Positions 39,539-47,909 of a DNA stretch of 64,000 nucleotides are shown one piece after another; positions within the stretch are counted from its first letter, which is position 1; every line of letters begins with the position of its first letter. Both the position numbers and the translations under genes were made by a program. The stretch covers positions 96,001 to 160,000 of the forward strand of contig CP046106.1 in NCBI GenBank assembly GCA_013343275.1. Reading direction: 5' to 3'. Below the pieces are notes generated by a model. That model was not told the DNA's origin. It worked only from the letters and a program-made list of their open reading frames with translations, and did not search any database. Source of the stretch: Candidatus Nanohaloarchaea archaeon. Lineage in GTDB: Archaea; Nanohalarchaeota; Nanosalinia; Nanosalinales; Nanosalinaceae.

Positions 39539-40732
39539 ATGGAAGATCTGAAAACTGAAAGCGATCTGATTCCTCTAGGCTCAGTTAAAGGAGACCAGGT
39601 GAAGTTCGAACTTGCCTACATCTATACTCTAGGATTAATGCAGGAAGAAATGAAGGATCCATATCAGGATCGAATAATTGAGGAAATGAAACCGCATTTA
39701 AGGAAAATATATGGGGAAGAATGGGTTGTTAACCAAAGTAAGCCTAAATTACGGCAGAAGATTAAAAGACTCGGAGGAGGCTCAGATCTTGTCGAAAAAA
39801 CGAGAGATGAAAGAAAAGTATATCATAAGCTTTCTACAAGGGGAAAAGAGTTCTACAAGAATATTAAGCCAATATTTTCCAGTTTTTCCTCAACAGACAT
39901 TGAAGAAGCGATAATTGACGAAATGGAGACATATATCCATGGTGATCATCACTCTGAATATTACGGGCATGGATATACCTTAGACGACTTCAAGGACTTG
40001 GTGGAAAGGGATTATGATGGAGAAAGAGATTTCGACAAACTTAAGGAAGATGTGGCAACCAGGCTTGGGGTAGGGCCATCTAGAGAAGTATTTGAAAACC
40101 AGTTCTATCAGGTTTTCTCTGATATGCGAGAACAAGCTGTTCCTCGAAAAATGGCTACTTTCCAATCTAGAAAAAACCTCATTATAGAGGCTTTTGAAGA
40201 GCAAAATTCCTCAAAAGAATTGCTTTCATTTGAAGAGATTGGAAATAAGACTGAAATTCTAGATTATCTGCCAAGAAAGGTTTTGAAAAGAGATGTAGAT
40301 AGGTTGCAAGGAGTAGAACCATCTTCAGATAGGATAAAGAAGGCTGTAAAGCAATATGGAAAAAAGGAAGATGAAATACATGTGGCTGATGTAAATGAAG
40401 TATTGAGGCTCTTTAACGACTATGAAAGAGCTGAAGAGATTTTAGAACAGGCAATAAGTAATGATGCTATTTATTTAGAGAGGGAAGGTTCAAAAATCAA
40501 GTGGAAATCTTACGAGTCTCGAAGAAAAGAGAAAGAGAGTAAAGAGGATAAAGAGAATAATGGATACTTAAATTCGCATTCCTACGGTGTCGAAGATTTA
40601 GGTTTCGCTAAAAAGCATCAACTCAAACCTGTTTTGAAAGAAAAGAAAGGTAAATACAAGCTGAGTGATATGGCTAAAGAGTTCCATAGGTCAAATGTTT
40701 ATCTTCCTAACAGGGATATAATCGGTCAATAA
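39539..40732 (+). CDS. Multi-wHTH-like protein, candidate repressor or initiator
   Basis: KLRQKIKRL..DLVEKTRDERKVYHKLSTRG wing motif; divergent from the backbone. Confidence 0.6.
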   Translation: MEDLKTESDLIPLGSVKGDQVKFELAYIYTLGLMQEEMKDPYQDRIIEEMKPHLRKIYGEEWVVNQSKPKLRQKIKRLGGGSDLVEKTRDERKVYHKLSTRGKEFYKNIKPIFSSFSSTDIEEAIIDEMETYIHGDHHSEYYGHGYTLDDFKDLVERDYDGERDFDKLKEDVATRLGVGPSREVFENQFYQVFSDMREQAVPRKMATFQSRKNLIIEAFEEQNSSKELLSFEEIGNKTEILDYLPRKVLKRDVDRLQGVEPSSDRIKKAVKQYGKKEDEIHVADVNEVLRLFNDYERAEEILEQAISNDAIYLEREGSKIKWKSYESRRKEKESKEDKENNGYLNSHSYGVEDLGFAKKHQLKPVLKEKKGKYKLSDMAKEFHRSNVYLPNRDIIGQ

Positions 40733-40752
40733 GAGAAGCACTATTTCATATA

Positions 40753-41142
40753 TTATCTCTTTCTATATCTCCACTTATTCTCTCCAGGCATCAAAGGGGA
40801 TAGAATCTTCTTATTGTAGTTCTTACTACTTTGATTTAGCTTCTTCAATCCTTTTTTAGCAACACCTGCAGAGAATCCATAGTCAGCTCCTAAAGCAGTT
40901 GCTAAAGTCTTGAGATTCTTCATTGCTAGACCCATTCTGGTTACTTCAGGACCTATTCTGTCAGTATTATGTTTGAATGTCAGAAGGAACTTATCTTCTT
41001 CTGAGTGTAGCCTGCCTGGTAGATAGTGTCTGTTCAGTGCTAGAGTTCCTTTACTATTCTTCGCTATTTCTAATCTGCCTGCAGGTTTGGCCTCTTGGGG
41101 AACTTTCTCTTTTATTCCAATTTTATTGTAAATTCTTCTCAT
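40753..41142 (-). CDS. Basic hypothetical protein
   Basis: ATGA-coupled to the AbiTii gene. Confidence 0.45.
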   Translation of the reverse strand: MRRIYNKIGIKEKVPQEAKPAGRLEIAKNSKGTLALNRHYLPGRLHSEEDKFLLTFKHNTDRIGPEVTRMGLAMKNLKTLATALGADYGFSAGVAKKGLKKLNQSSKNYNKKILSPLMPGENKWRYRKR

Positions 41143-41930
41143 TCTTGAACCTCCTTTGCTCTAGAAACAAAGTCGTTAATTTCTCTCCTAGCTCCATCTA
41201 AGAGAGATTCTAACTCGCTTACTTTGGTTATGTAAGGAACTTTTTCTCCTGGGTTTACTCCAAGCTCATCCACCATTACCTGCATTGGAGGTGCTTTCAT
41301 CATTATTTTGTCTGACTCAGCTTTCTCAACTGCTGACTCTACCATATCTAGAGGTTGGGAAATATACATTTCTAGAGGTAGCTCCTCTATCTGTCCACTA
41401 TCGTCCATTAATCTAAATTTCATGGATAATTTCCTGTAATCTTTGTAGTAGTGAGCAGAAGTATCTTCTACCTCTGTTACTCCACTGCTTTCTTCATCTC
41501 TGAATCCATGAACCTCTTTCTCCAGCCATTCAACTTCTTTTTTCATATCTAACTGCTTAGCAAGCCTTAAAGCCATTCTAGCTATAGTGGAGACATCTTC
41601 ATCTGAGTCTATCTTGCTTTCAATTTTCTTTAGAAGTTTTCTTTCATCAGAGGTCTTTTCTTCTTCCTCTTTTCCAGATTCTTCCTCAAATTTCTGCTCA
41701 ATCCTGTCAAAGTTAATGTCTCCTTGGGCTTGGAATGCGTTAACTCCTTCAGCATCTTCAAATATCTGCTCTTGAGACCTATCTATCAGGTTTTTGATCT
41801 CATAACCTACTTTACCTACTCCAAGAAATCCTAGAGTGGTAACAATTAGAGATAGTATTCCTATGGCATGCTCTTGTAGGTATACTGCTAGTGAAATATT
41901 TTCACATCCTTTGGGAATTTTAATATTCAA
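41139..41930 (-). CDS. AbiTii-domain protein with N-terminal TM
   Basis: IARMALRLAKQLDMKKEVEWLEKEVHGF...DYRKL matches the AbiTii pattern (LxxAxxLAxxL..WxxxELxGY..YR). Confidence 0.7.
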   Translation of the reverse strand: MNIKIPKGCENISLAVYLQEHAIGILSLIVTTLGFLGVGKVGYEIKNLIDRSQEQIFEDAEGVNAFQAQGDINFDRIEQKFEEESGKEEEEKTSDERKLLKKIESKIDSDEDVSTIARMALRLAKQLDMKKEVEWLEKEVHGFRDEESSGVTEVEDTSAHYYKDYRKLSMKFRLMDDSGQIEELPLEMYISQPLDMVESAVEKAESDKIMMKAPPMQVMVDELGVNPGEKVPYITKVSELESLLDGARREINDFVSRAKEVQE

Positions 41931-41944
41931 AGTAGAGTTTTCTT

Positions 41945-42346
41945 TTAAGTTCCAAATTCTTCCTTGTAATGATCATAACTCGTTAGAATATCCATTGACA
42001 ATCCTATCAACATGCAAATACCATTATTTTCTACACCTGTCTTTCTTTTCAAGTTTCTCTTACTTGCTAGACCTCCCCACCGCTGCATGAGCCATTCATG
42101 GTAGGAGTCCATATTTCCTTGTTTTATAGTAGTTAAATCTATTTCCTCTTCAAATTCTTCCTCAAGTAATGCCGTTACACGGTAGTTCTCAATGGCTTCT
42201 ATAGTCTTATCTAAGTCTAGTTCTTCTCCTTTATCGAGCAATATATTCAGTCGACTAACATGTTCTCGCCATAGACTTGGATATTCCATGAAATATCCTC
42301 TAAACCCGAAATTTAAGACTCTTTTGACTATTGTGGTTAGATGCAT
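41945..42346 (-). CDS. Hypothetical protein
   Basis: Acidic ORF; true start probably at MEYPSLW. Confidence 0.55.
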   Translation of the reverse strand: MHLTTIVKRVLNFGFRGYFMEYPSLWREHVSRLNILLDKGEELDLDKTIEAIENYRVTALLEEEFEEEIDLTTIKQGNMDSYHEWLMQRWGGLASKRNLKRKTGVENNGICMLIGLSMDILTSYDHYKEEFGT

Positions 42347-42491
42347 ATGATTAGAAATTCTCTGTATCGATTACAGTAGCAAATAAATCCCCTGACCTTT
42401 GATTGCGCTCTCCAATTATAGTAATCTGTCTGTTAATTGATAACTCTCCAATATAGACGACCTTTCATTACAAGTCCTTTCTGAGTTAGGT

Positions 42492-43172
42492 TCATTCTTC
42501 GTCACCAAAAACTTTGGACTTAAAGCGGGATTTATAGTAGCCTATAGGGCCAGCAGGCGTTGTTGTTTCTTCTATTTCAAAACCTAAAAATTCTGTGCTA
42601 AATATTATGAAGAAAGAATACAACATTGCTACAGAGAAAGTCGATGATGCGCCCAAAATAAGCAAGTAGGTGAAGACAAAAATTATTGCAGTTTCTGTGC
42701 CCTGAAAAAGGGTTAATTCAGCCAACGTCATCCCAAATTCTACAGTAGTTGAAACTTCTAGGTCCTGAGGTATTAAGTTAGCTCCTGCTATAATAACTGC
42801 AAAAATGTGTAACAAAAGTATCTGACCTCCTGTATACAGAAAGTTATGAGCTGTTCTAACATAGTGATACTCCTCCAGGCCACTAGAAAATTTGCTCAGA
42901 GGCTCTTCAAATGCCAGGATAACACTTCCTGCTGTAAAACACAGGAAAGAAAGATTGAATATAAGGCTCCCAAATCTCTGAAATTCTATCACGGCTATAC
43001 CAAGGGCTAAAAGTGCAGTGACTTGAATTAAGAGAAAAAATATGTTTGCAAAAACCTTGTGCGAGAGAAATTCTTTTGCTATCTGCTTCCAAGTCTGGAG
43101 ATCTCTCAGAGACCCATATTCATCCTTTCTCCAGCTCCACGGCGATCTTACTTTTCTATTATCATCACTCAT
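42492..43172 (-). CDS. Multi-TM membrane protein (cargo)
   Basis: 4-5 hydrophobic segments. Confidence 0.65.
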   Translation of the reverse strand: MSDDNRKVRSPWSWRKDEYGSLRDLQTWKQIAKEFLSHKVFANIFFLLIQVTALLALGIAVIEFQRFGSLIFNLSFLCFTAGSVILAFEEPLSKFSSGLEEYHYVRTAHNFLYTGGQILLLHIFAVIIAGANLIPQDLEVSTTVEFGMTLAELTLFQGTETAIIFVFTYLLILGASSTFSVAMLYSFFIIFSTEFLGFEIEETTTPAGPIGYYKSRFKSKVFGDEE

Positions 43173-43689
43173 CTTCAGTTTTCTGAGCCTCCTTAGACAC
43201 TAATGGAATAGTCCATTTTGTTTGATTGGCAACATCTTCAAGGTTATCGCCATTTATTTCCAGTGCTACATATATTACTGCTATCATGAATATAGTGACT
43301 ATAATTGTGGTAAGATAATCTGAACCCGTAGGCTGCCCTCTAAGAAGTAAAGTTGTAATTTGAACAAAGGAGAAGGCGACTAGTGTAATTGTGAACAAGG
43401 TCTCCACTGCGGAGGACTTTTTCTCCTGCTCCATCAATTTCTGATTAAACTGTCTATTTTTCTCAATTTCCTCTAGGAGCGTGTAGTCTTGGAGCTTATC
43501 TATGCCATTATGAGTTAGAACTATGCTATGATTCCAATCAACTAAGTTATAGTCCTCAAGATATTCTATATCCGCTTTACTCACTTCTCTACCATCTACT
43601 TCATCGAAACTCCTGATAGTTGGGGCAGCACCAGTTCTCTCCTTGTGATTCCATATTTCTCTCAGAATTTTTAGGTGTCTCTCATCCAT
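43165..43689 (-). CDS. wHTH plus two-TM protein
   Basis: HLKILREIW..IEYLEDYNLVD..LTHNGID followed by two TM helices. Confidence 0.6.
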   Translation of the reverse strand: MDERHLKILREIWNHKERTGAAPTIRSFDEVDGREVSKADIEYLEDYNLVDWNHSIVLTHNGIDKLQDYTLLEEIEKNRQFNQKLMEQEKKSSAVETLFTITLVAFSFVQITTLLLRGQPTGSDYLTTIIVTIFMIAVIYVALEINGDNLEDVANQTKWTIPLVSKEAQKTEDE

Positions 43690-44256
43690 TTAGACCACTT
43701 CAAAACTCTTTACTACAGTTTCTGTATGCTTTTCCCCATCCTCCAAGTATTCGATCAGGATTTGAACTCTCCATTCCCCTTTTTTGGTAGGTTTATACCA
43801 AGAACTGTAAGGATTTGAAGCATTAGTTGTATTATATATCTTGGTGCTTCTTGTCTGCCATCCTTTATGTCTCGTATTGCCATTTAACCAGTCTACAGAT
43901 ACATTATAGGGGAGTTCCTTGGTGTTCCATACCCTAAAATAGATTGTAATATTGTCTCCTGGACTATAGATTTCTCTATCTCCAATTATCTTGGAGTTCG
44001 ATATTTTTAGCTCAGGTTCATATTCTGTCTGAGGTTGTTCTGCCCAAACTGGCTTTATGTAAGGCTCTGAGCCAATAAAATCTATATCAGGAAGTTCTCC
44101 AGTAACATAGACTCCTGCTATAAGATGTCTGGCATAAGGGGAAGTAAAAGGAACAGTAATAATAAATACGATCAAACCACCTATAACAGCAGAAATGAGC
44201 TGTTTTCTAGATACATGAGAGAAAAACTTGTCCTTTAATTTACTATAATATCCCAT
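43690..44256 (-). CDS. Membrane-anchored Ig-like extracellular protein
   Basis: TM, then YSPGDNITIYFRVWN...GEWRVQI..KSFEV; several NxT/S sequons. Confidence 0.65.
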   Translation of the reverse strand: MGYYSKLKDKFFSHVSRKQLISAVIGGLIVFIITVPFTSPYARHLIAGVYVTGELPDIDFIGSEPYIKPVWAEQPQTEYEPELKISNSKIIGDREIYSPGDNITIYFRVWNTKELPYNVSVDWLNGNTRHKGWQTRSTKIYNTTNASNPYSSWYKPTKKGEWRVQILIEYLEDGEKHTETVVKSFEVV

Positions 44257-44399
44257 TATTCAACCTCCTTCAGGACTAACTTTCCCTCTTTATTTAAAAC
44301 AAACTCTAGTTCTTGACCATTTTCCCATCCTTTGGCTTTTCTCATTGATTTGGGAACTGTGATTACTGCTTGGCCATTGGGTTTGACTTGGAGCTTCAT
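44256..44399 (-). CDS. AbrB/MazE/SpoVT family small DNA-binding protein (47 aa)
   Basis: Manual translation MKLQVKPNGQAVITVPKSMRKAKGWENGQELEFVLNKEGKLVLKEVE; TAATG overlap with the next gene. Confidence 0.85.
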   Translation of the reverse strand: MKLQVKPNGQAVITVPKSMRKAKGWENGQELEFVLNKEGKLVLKEVE

Positions 44400-44466
44400 A
44401 CAGTTATGGTTACTGTTAAAAAGTTAAGAACTTATTGCGTTAATAGAAGGTAGGAAGGCCTTATAA

Positions 44467-44513
44467 TAAACAGCGAGGTTGAAGAAGGGCCGGTCCACTA
44501 CTCTACGTGTTCA
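44467..44513 (+). repeat. att site 2 (hybrid junction): arm TAAACAGCGAGGTTGA, core at 44487-44497, arm CTACTCTACGTGTTCA
   Basis: Core identical to the tRNA-Ile 3' end; left arm pairs with 27335-27350, right arm pairs with 45885-45900. Confidence 0.9.
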
Positions 44514-44854
44514 TTTACATTACTCGCTTTCTGAACCACTTCTTCGTCAACCTAAATAAACCGCTCGAAAAACTACGCTCAACCACGGGCGAAGAGGTTC
44601 CGGCAAGTGGGGAAAAGCGATTCTTCTCTTCAGAGCGAGAGAACAAGCTATCAAGAGAAGGAGCTGAATGATGCCTATGACTTAGGAAACTCTGTGAGCA
44701 GGTTCCCTCCTCTGCGAGGATTAGATCCTATGCGCGCGCAGACCTCAAAATTTCTGGAATCTTCGTAATAAATCAGAAGTTTACGTTCTATGCGCATAGG
44801 CGGGCGTAGAAATAATGAGAAATCTTATAGTATTTATTTTATACTCTTGTAGAT

Positions 44855-45556
44855 ATGGGGCAGAGTAGGAGACAAAACGAGCCAGAAGTAGAGGATATTA
44901 ATTTAGATGAAATACCTCCAATTGGAGCTCCTATTCTTTCACTAGGCCTTCTCTATGCGGCAGTTACAGTAGGTTTTGGAGATCTAATGATAAACTTAGT
45001 AGTCGGTGGCGCAGGAGTAGTGCTCTTGGGATTTTTCGCTTTCAAGCTTGGAACATTGTACAAACAGCGAGGCCCTAAAAGAGCAGTTAGATGGGCGACA
45101 ACCGCGCCCGTCGATAGAGTAGAAGACTATTCTCTCGACCTCCAAACAAGCTCGGGAGTAGAGAAAACAGAGGAAGGGATAACTCTAGAGCACTTGAGAG
45201 AGATAGATCCTTATGATTTCGAAGAGTTCGTAGCGAAGGTATGGAGAGGTAGAGGATATGAAGCAGAAGTAACACAGGGAAGTCAGGATCGAGGAATCGA
45301 TGTTGTAGCAGAGAAATCAGAACCATACAACGAGAAAGAGCTTATACAGGTAAAGCGGAAAGGAGAAGGAAACAAGGTTAGCGCTCCAACAGTTCGGAAA
45401 TGTTCTGGACTGAAAAACAAGAACGGGGTCGATAAAGTATTGGTAGTTACTTCAACAGACTTCACAGCTCAGGCAAAGGAAGAAGCCGAAGATTATAACT
45501 TAAAATTAGTAGATGGACGTAAACTTTTGGAATTATACGAAGATAACGTAGAATAA
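44855..45556 (+). CDS. Membrane-anchored Mrr-family (Mrr_cat) endonuclease
   Basis: IDPYDFEEFVAKVW..GY, QDRGIDVVA, LIQVKR, VTSTDFTAQA, LVDGRKL; two N-terminal TMs. Confidence 0.9.
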   Translation: MGQSRRQNEPEVEDINLDEIPPIGAPILSLGLLYAAVTVGFGDLMINLVVGGAGVVLLGFFAFKLGTLYKQRGPKRAVRWATTAPVDRVEDYSLDLQTSSGVEKTEEGITLEHLREIDPYDFEEFVAKVWRGRGYEAEVTQGSQDRGIDVVAEKSEPYNEKELIQVKRKGEGNKVSAPTVRKCSGLKNKNGVDKVLVVTSTDFTAQAKEEAEDYNLKLVDGRKLLELYEDNVE

Positions 45557-45573
45557 TAGGTGAAAAATACTTT

Positions 45574-45816
45574 ATGGGAGTTGTAAAGCGCGACGGCAAA
45601 TGGAGACTTGAAAAGAAGAAAGAAGGAGTTTACCTAGTGACGGAGAGAGGCGAACAAAAGGCAAAAATCATTACAGGAGAATATGAGCCCTCAGGCCCAA
45701 TGAATGATGAGAGAAATGATATGATGTCCCAAGTGATAGAGGTTAGAGATTTCGAAGAGGCGAAGAAAGAGTTCAAGAGTTTCGCCTCAGGAGGATCTTC
45801 CGGAGGCCTTTTCTAA
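45574..45816 (+). CDS. Small hypothetical protein in the mini-element
   Basis: AGGTGA SD upstream. Confidence 0.7.
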   Translation: MGVVKRDGKWRLEKKKEGVYLVTERGEQKAKIITGEYEPSGPMNDERNDMMSQVIEVRDFEEAKKEFKSFASGGSSGGLF

Positions 45817-45884
45817 TGGAAATAATGGTATAACTATCTATGGATTTTGACAGCTTTGATGCCACTCAGAAGAAGAGGTTCATC

Positions 45885-45915
45885 TGAACACGTACCTCAG
45901 ATAAGGGCCGGTCCA
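45885..45915 (+). repeat. att site 3: arm TGAACACGTACCTCAG plus core at 45905-45915
   Basis: Followed by AGCTTTTT, the probable original tRNA trailer and terminator. Confidence 0.88.
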
Positions 45916-45945
45916 AGCTTTTTCCTTTGGTGGACTTGTCTTCTT

Positions 45946-46602
45946 TCAGTTTTCTTTGATTGTGTGGTATAACTGGGAAGGAGTGTATATCTCAGGTCCG
46001 TGTCTCATTGTAAAGTCTTCAGTATCTGTGAAGTCTTCGTCGTATGTCACGATTACCGCATCTCTTTCTAGGGCCTCTGCCACTATTCCTGCATCTTCTG
46101 GATAGTCGCTTGTAGGTATAGGCTCGATTTCTACCGGTGTCGCATTTTCCTGGAGGAATTGGTGAACGGTATCGTTTGTTTTGTTTTCTTTGATGTGTGC
46201 GAATGTTGAAGGAAAATACAGTTCAACGTCTTTCTCTGCCGCTTTCTCGAGCATTTGAACTGTTTCTTCAAGAGGCTCCCTTATTTCAAGGCGCCGGTAG
46301 TCTAGGCCATCTTCTCCTCTGATATCTGACTGGTCTGATGAGTTAACGGGCAGATATGCCGTGGTTGATCTATCGGCGTTCATCTGCAAATCTATCAGAA
46401 TATTTTCATCCAGAAATATGTTATTATGCAGGGGCTCTTTGTAGTCCTTAATCAGATTTTGATTGAATCCTTTCGTGGCACGAGGTGTATCCGATATTGC
46501 TGCCTGCAGGTCTGACTCCGTTTCTCCAGAATCGCTGGGTTCAAGAAACCGGGATTTAAGCTTCACCAGCGACTCTCTCATAGAATGTAAACTGAGATCC
46601 AT
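45946..46602 (-). CDS. PIN-domain protein
   Basis: IFLDENILID, PEDAGIVAEA, IVTYDEDF, IYTPSQL. Confidence 0.75.
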   Translation of the reverse strand: MDLSLHSMRESLVKLKSRFLEPSDSGETESDLQAAISDTPRATKGFNQNLIKDYKEPLHNNIFLDENILIDLQMNADRSTTAYLPVNSSDQSDIRGEDGLDYRRLEIREPLEETVQMLEKAAEKDVELYFPSTFAHIKENKTNDTVHQFLQENATPVEIEPIPTSDYPEDAGIVAEALERDAVIVTYDEDFTDTEDFTMRHGPEIYTPSQLYHTIKEN

Positions 46603-46632
46603 TTTTTAATATTTGTCGGTGACAACATATGT

Positions 46633-47034
46633 ATGGGTTTTTCAGCGCAGGAACTGGATACTCGACAGACTGATGTAGAAGATCTGAGCGAACTTGAGAC
46701 TGTTTCTCACATGTATGGCCTTGTACAGAGCTATCAGAACGATAGGGAACAGAAGCAACTCGAAAAAGTCTATGATCAGGTGAAGAATTACAAGATAGCC
46801 AAGGCACCGGGAACACGTAGCGATCCTGTTGAGGAAGGCCTTGATCTCTGGGGAGAGATCGGCGCTTACTGGGATATGACAGGTAAGTACGATGGCAAGG
46901 CTCTGGCAGCTGCAACACCTATACTTGCTACAGAGGCCGATGATCTCGGAGTGAACGTGGAAGATGCTGAGAGCTTGGAGGAACTGAGAGATATACTGGA
47001 TGAAGGAATCGACTACTTTGAAGGCCTGGAATAA
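46633..47034 (+). CDS. Hypothetical protein
   Basis: Acidic host-like ORF. Confidence 0.65.
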   Translation: MGFSAQELDTRQTDVEDLSELETVSHMYGLVQSYQNDREQKQLEKVYDQVKNYKIAKAPGTRSDPVEEGLDLWGEIGAYWDMTGKYDGKALAAATPILATEADDLGVNVEDAESLEELRDILDEGIDYFEGLE

Positions 47035-47058
47035 ATAGAAAAAGAGAAAGAGGTCGTT

Positions 47059-47310
47059 TTATCCGTAGTGTTCTTCCAGATAGTCTACGATGTCGTCAGA
47101 TTCCGGCATCGTGGTATCGGTGTTTGGATCGACAAGTACAGGTACTCCGGTCTGACCTGATACTTCTTCTACACGTGCTCTGTCGCCGTTAGGCCTTACC
47201 TGGCGTGCGACGAAGTCGATCTGTAGTTCTGTAAGTTTTTCACGCACTTTCTTGCAGTAAGGGCATCCTTCGAACTGGTAGAGTTCAAGCATTTCATCTG
47301 GTTCTGACAT
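47059..47310 (-). CDS. Glutaredoxin / GST-N-terminal domain protein
   Basis: GCPYC, QTGVPVLVD, ESDDIVDYL. Confidence 0.9.
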   Translation of the reverse strand: MSEPDEMLELYQFEGCPYCKKVREKLTELQIDFVARQVRPNGDRARVEEVSGQTGVPVLVDPNTDTTMPESDDIVDYLEEHYG

Positions 47311-47372
47311 AGTTTTCTTTCACCTGTCAAAAAGATGCTCTCCAGAAACTTTTATCGTAAATGGAAAAATGT

Positions 47373-47810
47373 TTACTCGGCTTTCTTCGAGGCCAGCTCC
47401 AGGACCTCTTTATGCTCATCGTATGTCAGAAGGCCGTTACAGTCCTCCTTTGATAGGAAAAACCCTTTCTCGTGTTCGTCGTGAGGGTTCTGCTCGACAT
47501 CAGCAATCGCCTCGGGATCGACTTCTACAAGAAAGGCCTTGTACTCTCGCTTAACTTCTTCGCCATCTTCGTCTTCGAAGCTCCACTCGACAGTGTGGTC
47601 CAGGTTCTCGATACTTTGAATCTGGCCTTCGTCAATACCGGCTTCCTCCCCCAGTTCCAGCTTTACGGTATGCTGGTAGTCGTCTTCCTCTAGGTGGCCT
47701 TTCGGCAGCTCCCATCCCTCCCAGTTCTTCTTCCTGTTCAGGATCAGGTACCGGTTCTCCCTGCTTGGCTTCTTGTGTGCTACGATAACTACGCCTTTTT
47801 CAGTTCTCAT
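47373..47810 (-). CDS. Nudix hydrolase (Ap4A hydrolase-like)
   Basis: WELPKGHLE...ELGEEAG, EHEK. Confidence 0.85.
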   Translation of the reverse strand: MRTEKGVVIVAHKKPSRENRYLILNRKKNWEGWELPKGHLEEDDYQHTVKLELGEEAGIDEGQIQSIENLDHTVEWSFEDEDGEEVKREYKAFLVEVDPEAIADVEQNPHDEHEKGFFLSKEDCNGLLTYDEHKEVLELASKKAE

Positions 47811-47909
47811 ACTCTGGATTTTCTACCTCTGATTTTATTATTTTGATTGTATCTGGGGAACGGTTTTTATACCTACGGACCTGATTTATTATTGTCCGGT
47901 GTCAAAACT

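Larger units (their letters stand above)
27335..44497. mobile_element. 17.2-kb integrative element with integrase, MCM replicon, HerA/FtsK ATPase and defence-like cargo
   Basis: Direct-repeat boundaries, integrase adjacent to the tRNA, lower GC, CG depletion, second MCM. Confidence 0.92.
44498..45915. mobile_element. 1.4-kb non-autonomous att-flanked mini-element (Mrr cassette)
   Basis: Flanked by core repeats and its own inverted arms; no integrase. Confidence 0.8.

Noticed and set aside
28828-44256. Integron-type attC sites between cargo genes
   Set aside because: Most cargo genes overlap or abut and I saw no recurring intergenic palindrome
27335-44497. Pleolipovirus or tailed provirus
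   Set aside because: The integrase and ATPase are compatible, but no large spike, terminase, portal or capsid gene is recognisable; kept as an unclassified element
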